Assembly: GCA_043228905.1 (NCBI GenBank)
Contig: JBHGNT010000015.1
Span: 16,430,001-16,494,000, forward strand
Length of the DNA stretch: 64,000 nt
Reading direction: 5' to 3'
Origin: Azolla caroliniana
Lineage: Eukaryota; Plantae; Polypodiophyta
The position numbers and the translations under genes were made by a program. The number at the start of each line of letters is the position of its first letter. Within the stretch, counting starts at the first letter, position 1. Positions 52,831 through 64,000 of this stretch are shown piece after piece. The notes under the pieces are model-generated. The model searched no databases, was not told where the DNA came from, and saw only the letters and a program-made list of their open reading frames with translations.

Positions 52831-55800
52831 CATGGACCACACCCAAATTAGGACCCTACCAAGCCCCCATAATTAGAAGAGTTAATTGGAGCGGGAGAAC
52901 ACCCTCCACGCTGAGAGTAGTCTATAAAATGTAACTTGGAACATAATGGAAAGGGAGGCTATTCTTGAGAGCATTTCACATCTTGAGCATTTCACATCTT
53001 GGTGGAGAAGACGGGCAAAGCAACCCCAACTCACGACCCCAACAACACACGCCACGATGCAACACGACAACAACGGCGGCAACGCAAACTCAATGAATCC
53101 GGAATTCCTACAACAACAAATTCAAGAACATCAGCCCACATCGCCAATCGACCAACTGGTTCAAGCCTTGTCCAACATTATTTTACAAGTTAACCATACT
53201 AACCAAGCCATGTTGTCATTTCTTTCAGCATGATCCGAGCCACAACAGAATCTCCCGGACCCTCGAGTTCGCCCAAAACCATTCTCCGGCCTACCATCGG
53301 AAGACGTCCTCTCTTGGCTGGATCATTTCGAAATGGTGGCCAGTTACCACCAATGGCCACACCCCTGAAGGCAATGGAAATGAAGACACTCCTCGAGAAT
53401 ATCGCAGCAACATCGCTCGTCCAACAACCCGAAGAGACACGCAACAACTGGGATCTATTACGGGCAACCATGATTCGGAATTTTGCTCATCAAGACTCCC
53501 GCCAGACGGCCCTACAACAACTCGAGTCAATTGCCCAACAGCCACGCGAACCCATCACCCAGTCCGTGGTTCGGTTTGTGCAAATCCTACGCCGGGCTGA
53601 CGCCAACATGTCGGAAGACATGAAGTTGTTTTTCTTCTAGCTGCGTATCCGACATGACCTCCGCCGCTGTGTACGTGATCAAGGCCCGACGACACTACAC
53701 GAAGCCTTCCTCACCGCCCAATGCATTGAAGCTACAAACGCGCACGACATGCACACACCAGGTAATCTCAGTCACGATCATACAAACACTGTGCCAACTG
53801 CCACTCCCATGGACATCAATGTCCAGAACGCGCAATTACGCACCAAGCGTGCATTGCCCGAACGAGACAGCCAAGGACACCCCAAATGTTTCTACTGCAA
53901 CAACTATGGCCACATTTGGCGTCACTGCTAAAAGTGGCAAAATCACCAACAAAAGCAGAACGTCCAATTAGTTGACGCTGCCTCCCTCTATGAGCTCTCG
54001 GAAAACTAATGCGCGGGGTGTCGCAGGGAGAGCCGCCCTCGCACGTCCACGCCTTCACGTCATCAACTTCTCCCATTTATACCACGATTGAACCGACCCT
54101 GCATGTCCACACCTCCATGTCATCAACTTCACCCGTTTGTACCACAATCGCCCGCCTCCAGCACACGACCCAAGAAGTTCTCCTCGACTCCGGCAACAAC
54201 ATCTCTTCCATCAGCGCGGATTTAGTCACCCAATTACAACTTCCCACGAGCCACACACCGCCCATTAAAATCCTCTTTGGCGACCAACAACGGTTGTACC
54301 ACTCACATACGCAAATCATGTGCATGCTCACCATCAGTTCTGCCCAGATCCAACATCGTTTCTACGTGCTCCTGCGCCAGTTGTTCCCAATCATCCTGGG
54401 CTGTGATTGGTTCCTCCATAGTCGAGCTTGTCTCGATTTCTCCTAACAACAGCTCATCCTCCCCAATCACCTTCCGATCGCGCTCTTCACTACTTCGCGA
54501 GATACCACCCACATCAGCAACACACAATACCTGGTATCATCGACAAAGCACATCCACACCATCCGATGACTCCTAGCCACCTTTCCCTCGCTGTCTACAC
54601 CACTTGCAAAACCTCCCTTGGTTTGTTTTCCGATCCACCACATGATTCCTACAGGCAACGCCTGCCCCATTAGCGCAGCTCCCCGACGTTGCTCGCCTCT
54701 CGACCACGAGCGCATCGACAACGCCGTCAAAAATATGCTACAACAGGGGATTATCACACCTTCCAAGAGTGAGTGGATCTCGGAGCCACACATGGTAAAG
54801 AAAGGGTATGGCTCTTACCGTTTTTGTGTCGACTTCCGACAACTAAACCATGTCACCACCCATGAACAATATCCTCTCCCTCATATCAACGACCTCCTCG
54901 ACCAGCTCGGCAAATCAAAGTACTTCACCTCCCTCGATCTGGCCTCGGGATATTGGCAGATCCCTATGGATCCTAAAGATGCCCACAAAACTGCATTCCG
55001 CACTAGGAAAGGCATTTTTCAGTTCACACGGATGCCCTTCGGCCTATCCGATGCTGGGAGCACATTCCAGCAAATGGCTAACGCCATCTTCGATGATCTC
55101 ATCACCCGCCGCATCATCATCGTCTATCTAGACGATATAATGATACATACAAGCACTTGGGCGGAACACCTTCAAGTCCTTTGGGAGGTCCTAACTTGTG
55201 TTCAACGCTATTGATTGCAGCTGCAATGGAAGAAGTGTCGATGGGGTAGTACACGCCTCTGCTTCCTCGGGTACGTCATCTCCTCCGACGGAGTACAGAT
55301 GGACCCAGAGAAGACAGAAGCAGTCCAAAAATTCCCACGCCCCACCACAGTCAAGCAGCTTCAACGCTTCCTCGGCCTCCTCACGTTCTCTCTCCGCTTC
55401 ATCCCACGGCTAGCTGACCTGTCAGCCCCACTACGCGCGCTCCTGCAAAAAGACGCACCCTTCCTATGGACCGAAGCCTGCGAATCCAGCATCCTGCAGC
55501 TCAAGCGAACACTCCAAGCCTCTGACCTCTTGGCCCACCTTGATTTCACGAAGCCTTTCCATCTGCAGACAGATGCCTCCAATGTCGGCCTTGGTCGGTC
55601 CTGCTCCAATCCAACGACAACGACCAACTCCGCCCGATTGCCTACATAAGTCGGTCACTTACCAAAGCCGAACAAAATTACTCGACAACCGAAAAAGAGT
55701 TGCTCACCATCGTCTGGGCATTCCATCATTTTCACCCATACCTATACGGATCAAATACATCAGTCAAAACCAACCATTAGCCATTGCTCTCCCTCATAAA

Positions 55801-57465
55801 GAAGGCTCATCCACCTGGTCACTTACTCCGTTGGGCTTTGGCGCTACACGATTACACATTCACTCTGCGCTATCGCCGTGGTCCCCAGAACATCGTCGCC
55901 GATGGATTATCCCGCATATCCTTTTAGGCGAACCAGATCACCTTTGACACAATCGACTTCCCCATATCCTCGTCCCAAATGGCCAACATGCAACAACACG
56001 ACAAAAAAATCCAAGACATCTACCACCGCCTACGAGCCGAGCCCACATCATCCCTCACCAAGCAATTCATGATCCAGGATAATGTCTTGCTTTTTTGCCA
56101 AGTAGGCAAGGAACCCTGAGTCTACGTGCCTAAGCAACTGTGCTTGTCTTACCTTCGTTTCTTCCACAATCACCCGTTGTTCGGCCACTTGGGTTTTCAT
56201 AAGGTGCTAGACAAAATGCGTTGCAAATTCTATTGGCTGGGGCTACGCTACGAGGTCGCCTCCTACATCAAAGCATTCAACTTATGTCAAGCCATCAAAT
56301 CACCTCAAGTGGCTCAAGGCCTCTTACATTTGATACAAGTTCAAGCTACATTTGAAATCGTCGGATGGGACATTATGGGCCCCTTTCCCGAGTCACAAGA
56401 AGGGAACAAATTCATCCTCTTCATAACCGAGTACTTGACGCGTTGGGCTGAGACGGCTGCTATCCCAAATGTGAAGGCTATGACCACCTCCAAACTATTG
56501 GAGAAAATCATCTTCCCCCACGGTTGCCCACTCCAAATCTTGTTCGATCGAGGACCCCAGTTCAACAACGAGCTCCTATGCCTCATTTCTACACAATTAG
56601 GAATCCAACAATTATTCAAGTCACCCTACCATCCGCAGACGAATGGATTGACGGAGCGCCTCAATCAAACCTTAAAACGACAAATCTCGGCCTACATCGA
56701 TCCACTACATTCGACTTGGGACCGGATCTTGCCCTTCGTTACGCATGCCTACAACACAACTGTGCAAGCCTCCACCTGCATTAGCCCATTTCGGGCCCTT
56801 TACGGAAGGGACCCGTGTTTACCCCCAGAAGTGGCAGTCCCGTAACCAATCACACGACTCCACTTTGATGCAGTGTCCTGGTGGTCCCACCTGCAACAAC
56901 TCCAGCCCCTCCTCCGCAAAGCCATCACGAGCAACCTGCACTAAGCACAGCTACGCTAAAAACGACAACACGATGCAGGCCGCGTTGACCATCAATACCA
57001 CGTTGCCGACAAAGGCCTCGTCTATTTCCCCATCCGTCGTTGTGGCCTCAGCGAGTCGCTCATGCACCGATGGATCGGTCCCTTCGAAGTTCAAAAGCAA
57101 ATACGTAACACTACATATATGCTCCGTTCTACCTTTGCCCATCAGTCTCGCATGAAGCCCTTCCATCAGCTACCATCGCCCCCACCCATGTTCACGCCCA
57201 CGCCCACGCCCACGCCCACGCTCGTGTCATCCCCCCGCCTAGAACCGACGTCCACGCCCTGTCGCGATCCGACCGCACAATAACTTTTTTTTACAAGGGG
57301 GAACTGTGGCGGTCACATGGACCACACCCAAATTAGGCCCCTACCAAGCCCACATAATTAGAAGAGGTAATTGGAGCGGGAGAACACCCTCCACACTAAA
57401 AGTAGTCTATAAAATGTAACTTGGAACGTAATGGAAAGGGAGGCTATTCTTGAGAGCATTTCACA
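52831..57465 (+). mobile_element. Ty3/Gypsy LTR retrotransposon with very short LTRs (degraded ORF)
   Basis: Direct repeats 52831-52980 (5' end clipped) and 57305-57465 (161 bp, TG..CA). PBS TGGTGGAGAAGACGGGCA at 53000-53017; PPT AAGGGGGAAC before 57305. Gag knuckle CFYCNNYGHIWRHC, protease LLDSG, RT SLDLASGYWQI..YLDD, RNaseH LQTDAS, IN WDIMGP/DRG/YHPQTNGLTERLN, GPF. Confidence 0.93.
54618..56845 (+). pseudogene. Gypsy pol (RT-RNaseH-integrase), with stops and frameshifts
   Basis: ORF pieces 54618-55214, 55215-55649 and 56126-56845 carry the RT, RH and IN motifs. Confidence 0.88.
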
Positions 57466-60331
57466 ATATGTTCTTATACATATACAAATACTCGTATTCA
57501 AATCTATTCACACATAAGTACACACACATACATAGTGAGGTTGAAAAAGTTTATCCAAAAGATCTCAAGGAATCTAGGAGCCATTATAACCAACAAATAC
57601 AAGGGCCCAATTGCCAATTCAAGCCAAAACCATCTCCCTAGTTCAAGCCCTCAAGGTATCACACACACATTTGTAACATTGCGACAACAAGTTATATAAT
57701 TGGAGGATTAATATGCATAATTGAAACCCTAAAAGACAATAGAGAAGGGTTGTTCACATGTGTGTGTGGATAAGATAGAAAGATTATAGAAACATCTTTG
57801 CATAAACAATCTTCATAGTGGAAAGCAAGTAGATACTCTAGAAGATGTCATTGTTTTTAAAATGTAAATAGTGGTATATCAAAAATAAAAGTGACACTTA
57901 GTCCATTAATTTGGGAACTTGTTTTCTTTCAAAACGATGGTACATTGAGGGAGGCATAAGCTTTAAAACATATATGATATATGGAAGCATGAATAATAAC
58001 AAGATTTTATATAGTAGTATACGAAAGAAAAGGACCCCATGGATGATTAGTCAATATAAGTGGCACAATATAACATGGTAAAGTTGTCCTTATGGAAACC
58101 TAGCATGTAGTCTAGAATAAACAAAATATACACAAATACAATGAATGAGCTTCCACTTCATTTTCCATGATTCCATAGTGTAAACGTTTTAAAAGACCAC
58201 ATGTTACCCAACTTAATCACTTCTAAGCTCAAATGAAAAGCTTAGTTCTTTGACATTATGAATAATATTCATACCTAGAACAACCTACAATTACAAGCAT
58301 CCAAACAATCATCATATTATAACATAGGTTTGTTTGTAGCAAATGACATGGTGTTCTATTATCAGAAATATTGAGGCGATATCAAATTTTAATATTAGAT
58401 TTTAACATAATTGAGTTTAATTATAGAGAGTTAAAAATGGTTACAACAATGGGCTCGATCACCAAATCAGGCGACATAGTAAAATGTCATAGTTCAATTT
58501 TCAGTTGTGTGTAAATTTCTTAGATTATAAAACTATGTAGCTTAGTTATAAATATGTACCTGGAGGTTGTTTTCCTCAAAGAATCTTGACTCATGTTCAA
58601 GATGCCCTTAATTCGGAAGGTTTAGATCTCTCTTTTGGGTGAGGTATGACCCATATTGATAGTTACAAGCACACAAACAATCACCATATTCTAGCATATG
58701 GTGGTTTGTGTCACATGTCATATCAATATAAATTTATCGTCAATATCTCAATACTATGTACCCGTGACTTGACACATTCTCTCTCTCTCTCTCTCTCTCT
58801 CTCTATTGTAAACACATGTTATAAATTACCACCACTTATGTACATTACATTTAGATTTTATGTGTTTTATTTGGTGAACATAAACTGATGTACGAAATGT
58901 CTTTGCTTTTTAGATCCAAAAGGATGTAAACATTTTGTGTCATTTTCATATAATAGAAGCTAAGAATCGATTCCCAAAGGAAGTTCTTGGCAAATGAATG
59001 ATGAGGTTCACAAACAAAGTTGTGAAGAAGTTCTTTTTAAGATTGTATCGTGCAACTCTACATTATTTGGGATCTTCTTCTTTTTTAATGTGATACGACC
59101 AATTCTGTGTATGTCGTAATTTCTCAGCAATAATAATGATTATGAGGAGAAAGTTCTTATATATTTATATGTTTAGATTGATTATTATCGTCTTCTAGCA
59201 TATTAATTTATGGAAACTTTCGTAAGATACAATTAATTTTGCCTCAATCGTGACAACTTTAACTATAGTTGGTGAGCAAGCTTGAAATGAATTAGAAGGT
59301 TATACAAAAATCTTGATCCAAGTATTATAATCAACACAATCCGAAAGATCGTGAGTGAAAAAAGTAGGCTCGTTAAGCAAATGTGAGGTTTAGTGTTTAA
59401 CAAATGTTTAGAACCAAAAGGCTATCATACAAAATGTAGCTCTATTTAGGATATATTCTAATGGGTGAATATGAATGATGTATTGGTATTTCCGATTGGT
59501 ATAAGGATATGTTCGAGCTTGCCCAACTGTTTATGTATAACGACATTGGTATTCCATAAAGTGCACAGTTTAACTATTGGTGTTGCCTAATGCGTGAATG
59601 CTTTTCATCTTATCCCTTTGGATAAAAACACTTCTAACATTCCAATTCCCCTTTGTAGGGCACACTATGAGCTTCATGTAAGTTTATTCCTAAACTTTTT
59701 GGATCAAAACTCAATTTGACTGTCACAACATGCACTATATCATTTTGATAGTAAACATTTACCCTATGAGAAGATTTAAGGCACATGCTTCATACTATAC
59801 ATGGACCCATTGGAAACATGCTACATTAGAAAAAATACACTATAGCAGTGACCTAACGGGAGCCACATTTGCACTGTAATCCAAATCTCAACTATTGTAA
59901 ACCTCATTCATTGGTCTAGGAAAGGTTGATGGTTTTGAATAGTCCTCATCTGAAAATAGCTTACCAAATACATGCATAGCTATAATATCAACTTGGCATT
60001 CCTTCTGACAACGCAAAGTAAGTTGTCAAGCCCCGTGCATCAACTCGTGGTGTTGATCGGCAAAGGCACCAACTGGAAACACTCCAATTTATAGATGAGT
60101 CGACGAATTGACCGTGCATGCACACACACACACAAACCCATAAATATTTAATCTTATACGGGACGTAGATGATGCATAAGTGTTTGCGGGTCAAGTGTTA
60201 TGCGATACATGGTGTGGGGAACAACAACAAATTGCATGCATGCAAAAGAAACCATGTGAAGGTTGGGGGGGTGTGGCAGGGCGGGGGTGGCATCGGAAAG
60301 TGCAAGGCCAGGTGAATTGCTCGATGCAGGG

Positions 60332-60692
60332 CGTGTGGGACACAAGTCGAGGCGCACATCAGGGAAGGGCGGGTTGTTAGGCGGACACTGTAGAGGAGTG
60401 AGATAGAGAACAAAGTGAGAATGTGTGTGGACACAAGTTGGGATGGGCGGGTTGCAAGGCGGACACTATAGAGGAGTGAGCCAGAGAACAAAGCTAGAAT
60501 GTGTGTGTGGACACAAGTTGGGATGGGCGGGTTGCAAGGCGGACATAATAGAGGAGTGAGCCAGAGAACAAAGCCAGAATGTGTGTGTGTGGACACAAGT
60601 TGGGACGAGCGGGTTGCAGGGCGGACATGGTAGAGGAGCGAGCCAGGGAACAAAGCCAGAATGTGTATGTATGTGTGGACACAAGTTGGGAT
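60332..60692. repeat. ~80-bp tandem repeat, ~4.5 copies, upstream of the last gene
   Basis: Unit gtgtggacacaagttgggatgggcgggttgcaaggcggaca.t.tagaggagtgagccagagaacaaagc.agaat(gt)n, with variable (GT)n length. Confidence 0.9.
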
Positions 60693-61113
60693 GGAGGAGA
60701 AGGAAAAGGCAGGTGTGTGGTGTCAAAGTGACATCATAGAGAGGTGTGTGCCACACACACACACACCCTTCTCAATCTTTCCTCCATATAAATATGTATG
60801 TATGTATGTCTGCAATGCAATGCAATCCAAAGCCTCCCACACTTTGCTTCCATCCCCAACCTTCACTTCATTTCACTCAGAGATTTCTGTCTGTTTGTCT
60901 GTGTAACTTGTAAGTAATCCTCTCTCTCTCTCTCTCTCTTTGTCTCAACACACACACACACACACACACACACATGGATGGATGGATGCATTGATAGTGC
61001 CCTAACCCTCATGTTTATGGACTTCCATCTTCTACCTTTCCTCTCACCCACCCTTCTTTGCTACTGTTTTTTTGCAGGCTTCCTTGCTTGGAATTTTGTT
61101 GACTAAAATCATC

Positions 61114-63636
61114 ATGGCTAATCATCTTGCTAATGGTAATGCTAATGTTAATGTCAACGGTCATGGTAATGGCAATGCTAACGTTAATGTCAATGCTGGT
61201 GGTAGTGGTAGTGGTAGTGGTAGTGGTAGTGGTAATGGTAATGGTAGTGCTAGTGCTAGTGGTACTGTTACTGGTAATCCCAAGAGTATCATCAGCGGTT
61301 TTGACGATGGCCTGCATCAGAATGCGAGCAATAATGGCAACCCTAGCCTCATGAAAGCGTTCGACAAAAAAGCTAAAGGCTATCTCAATGCTCTCCATCG
61401 AAGCTTCAGCACCTCGGCTATGGAAAAGTAATATGTTGATCTACTGTTCTGCTATGTATTTTTTTGTTTCTCCAAGGATTTTGCTGTCTATACGTTTCTT
61501 CGGTCGTCATATGATGATGATAATGCATGTAGTTTTCTCTTTAAGCTCTACTACTGTTATGTTTCTTTGATCACCATGCATTTTTTGTTTTCTCTTTAAA
61601 TATAGTTTCTTTTAGTCATGATGATTTCCTTTCACCTGTCAAAACTTGTTCAATTTGTTTGAATTGACCTTAAACTTCTTCTTATTCATTCTTTCCATTA
61701 CTTTGTAAACCGTGTTAATGCTTTCTTGAATTGATTAAAGGTTCTTTTACTCAAGATCTTCTATAATCTTCCATGTTTGAATTGATTCTGCAACACTTGT
61801 CAGTTTGGATTGATTATGTAAAACTTGATACCTTTGATTTGACCGTGTGAAACTTGCTATTGTTTGAACTGATTTAAGTTTCATTTCTTGATGATTTCCT
61901 TTCATCTGTAAAACTTGTAAGCATTTGCTTTTATGTGAGTTTAAATTTGATCCTGAGTGAAAAAGAACGGTCATTAGTGATTTGGCTAGAAATTTGGCAT
62001 TGCTTTTCCTTGATCATCATCATCATCATTTGCGATTATAATTTGTTTTTCCTTAATCATCATCATTATCATTTGCAATTATAATTTTCAATCACAGGAA
62101 TGCACTGATGTCAGGGGAAAATGTAGATCCATCAACAATGACTATTGAATTCCTTAGGGCTCGCCTCCAATCGCAACGAGCCGAATTCCGAGCCGAGCGG
62201 CTGAGAGCACGAGTTTTAGCGCAAAAGGCATGATTGTTTAATCTATGTTATTGGTAGAAATGCATTTGTGTATGTGCTCTAGTATGTAATTTGCCGGTTG
62301 CGAATAAATAATATGAAGACAAGAGAGAGAGAGAGATCAATGAGGTTGTTTAATTAGGTGATGGAGCTCGAGAAGAAACTAAAAATTGAAATGCGTTCGC
62401 GGAGAAAGGCAGATAGTGGCGATTTCACGGAGATTAATATAAGCCCTACCAGGTTCTCTGAATTCAAGATTAAATGGTTTTAGTTGTAATATGTACTCTC
62501 ATAATACACACATACATACAAGTAACCATGTCATATTGTCACAACTTCAGATAGGCATATTGTTGGAATGCTCATGGCTTAAAAACTTTTGCATTTGATC
62601 TTTAAACTCACTAGGGAATTAGGTCAAGACGAATGCACGAAGTATGTTGAATCCGTGACAAAAATGAAATCCGGGAGACATGAAATTGAGGAGGCCGAAG
62701 AGAAGGACGAAGACCAAGACGAAAGCAAAGCCATTCAGCGTAGTAAGTGTCCACAACCACGATCGGCCAATCATTCCCCCGGCCACTCTTATAACCAGGT
62801 TATATCCAAATATTGTATTGTAATGGTGTCCCACACAATTACTTGTACAACTATTTTCCTAAATCTAACTGCTTGCATTTTGATAGGAGCTCACCGGTGA
62901 GTACCCTCCATTGGCATGTGGTCAGCTTGTCGGGGAGCGAAGCAAGAAATTCGGTGCCAAGTACCCAAACAAACTAACCACATTGACGACAAATGGACAT
63001 CATATAATTAGCGTTCATGATGACAAAATAGTTCGAGAGGTCGTGTGCATGCCTTATAGTAATGAAGCCAATGCGAAAGAGAAAGAACATGTTCCGTTTG
63101 GATTAAACATGTCCTCACCCGATAGTAGTACAAGGAGTACACCGAGGTCTTCTGTGTCCGGTGGGGATCACCTCGACATTCCTATAGTCGAAAAGCAAGG
63201 TCCGGAAATCCTTGACATTGCTATAGAAAAGCAAGGTTTGGACACCAATCTCAAGATTCAGCATTCCGAAGCAATACCGAAAGGATTCACCACGGAATGC
63301 CCTTCCTTAGATATAGAATCCTCTGGTATACTCGACTCATTGGAGATTATGGCGGCCACACTTTTTAAAGGTGGTGCACTTGGACCCAAAGTGAACACGA
63401 AACACATGTACAATGATGATAAGGATGGTGTTAATGGTAATGCATACCATCCACATGACAAAACAATGATAAAGAGAACATTGGTGCCAGAAGAGTTTTC
63501 ATCATTATGTGCCGAGGAGCATAGCCCACATATTAAAAGCAAGCCTACACACTCAAGATGCTCGAAAACTGAGATGCTCAAGTTGTTGGAGTTGATTAAG
63601 AAACAAGTGGAGACCAATAATGAGCTGAGAGTTTAG
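61114..63636 (+). CDS. Uncharacterised land-plant coiled-coil protein ('MTIEFLRARL' family), 5 coding exons, G/N/S-rich N-terminus
   Basis: In-phase exons 61114-61427, 62098-62227, 62358-62452, 62615-62798, 62887-63636. STMTIEFLRARLQSQR...LAQKVMELEKKLKIE..SRRKAD resembles a plant motif I recall (MTIEFLRARLL.ER...ELE.QL......RKKAE). Intron 2 is GC-AG. Probable 5'-UTR intron ending at 61077. Confidence 0.8.
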
Positions 63637-64000
63637 TACGGTTGTTTATGCCAAGGGCTCAAATCACCATATTGACTCTTCCAAGTTGAGCATCTAGTTA
63701 TACATCTTCCCCCTTTTCCTTTATCCAAATACAATAGTTGATCTTAACGAAGAGAGAAAGTAGTGAACCTTTTCATAGGAAGAGGGTTTAGATCAAATCC
63801 AATGTTTGTGCTTTTGACAAGTATAGACATAGGTTTCAAAGTCTAGTAAATAAGTTGTTTTGCAATCATTCAAGCTCGTTCGCATGTGCTATTTATTGTG
63901 TTTCAATTTATTTATTTTTGAGTAAGGATGTGTCTATTGATGTAAAAGTAGTAAAGCAAGTTGACACACGTTATGTTTTGATATTGATACAAGCGGGAGA

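Noticed and set aside
60198-60762. 151-aa and 98-aa repetitive ORFs
   Set aside because: They are translations of the 80-bp tandem repeat, with frame changes set by (GT)n length.

Overview
Plant nuclear DNA that is AT-rich, dense in (GA)n/(CA)n microsatellites and heavy in transposons. It is probably from a fern or another land plant with flagellated sperm (inferred from a RIB43A-like axonemal gene and the TE families). Host genes: part of a RIB43A/RIBC-like gene (-, runs off the left edge), a 6-exon ESCRT-III VPS32/SNF7 (-), intronless 40S RPS16 (+), intronless plastid-type GGPPS (+), a spliceable but disabled gene fragment after GGPPS, and a 5-exon uncharacterised coiled-coil gene with a GC-AG intron (+). 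Most of the rest is mobile DNA: two RTE/RTEX-like LINEs, L1 remnants, a three-element Ty1/Copia nest (14.1-27.2 kb) with a very young member, decayed Gypsy pieces with three solo LTRs, an atypical Gypsy with ~160-bp LTRs and a tRNA-Ala-like PBS, hAT-type MITEs, and a Tc1/mariner-type non-autonomous element carrying a 15-copy double-palindrome array. I found no CRISPR, tRNA or rRNA. All calls come from reading the sequence by eye; no database search was run.
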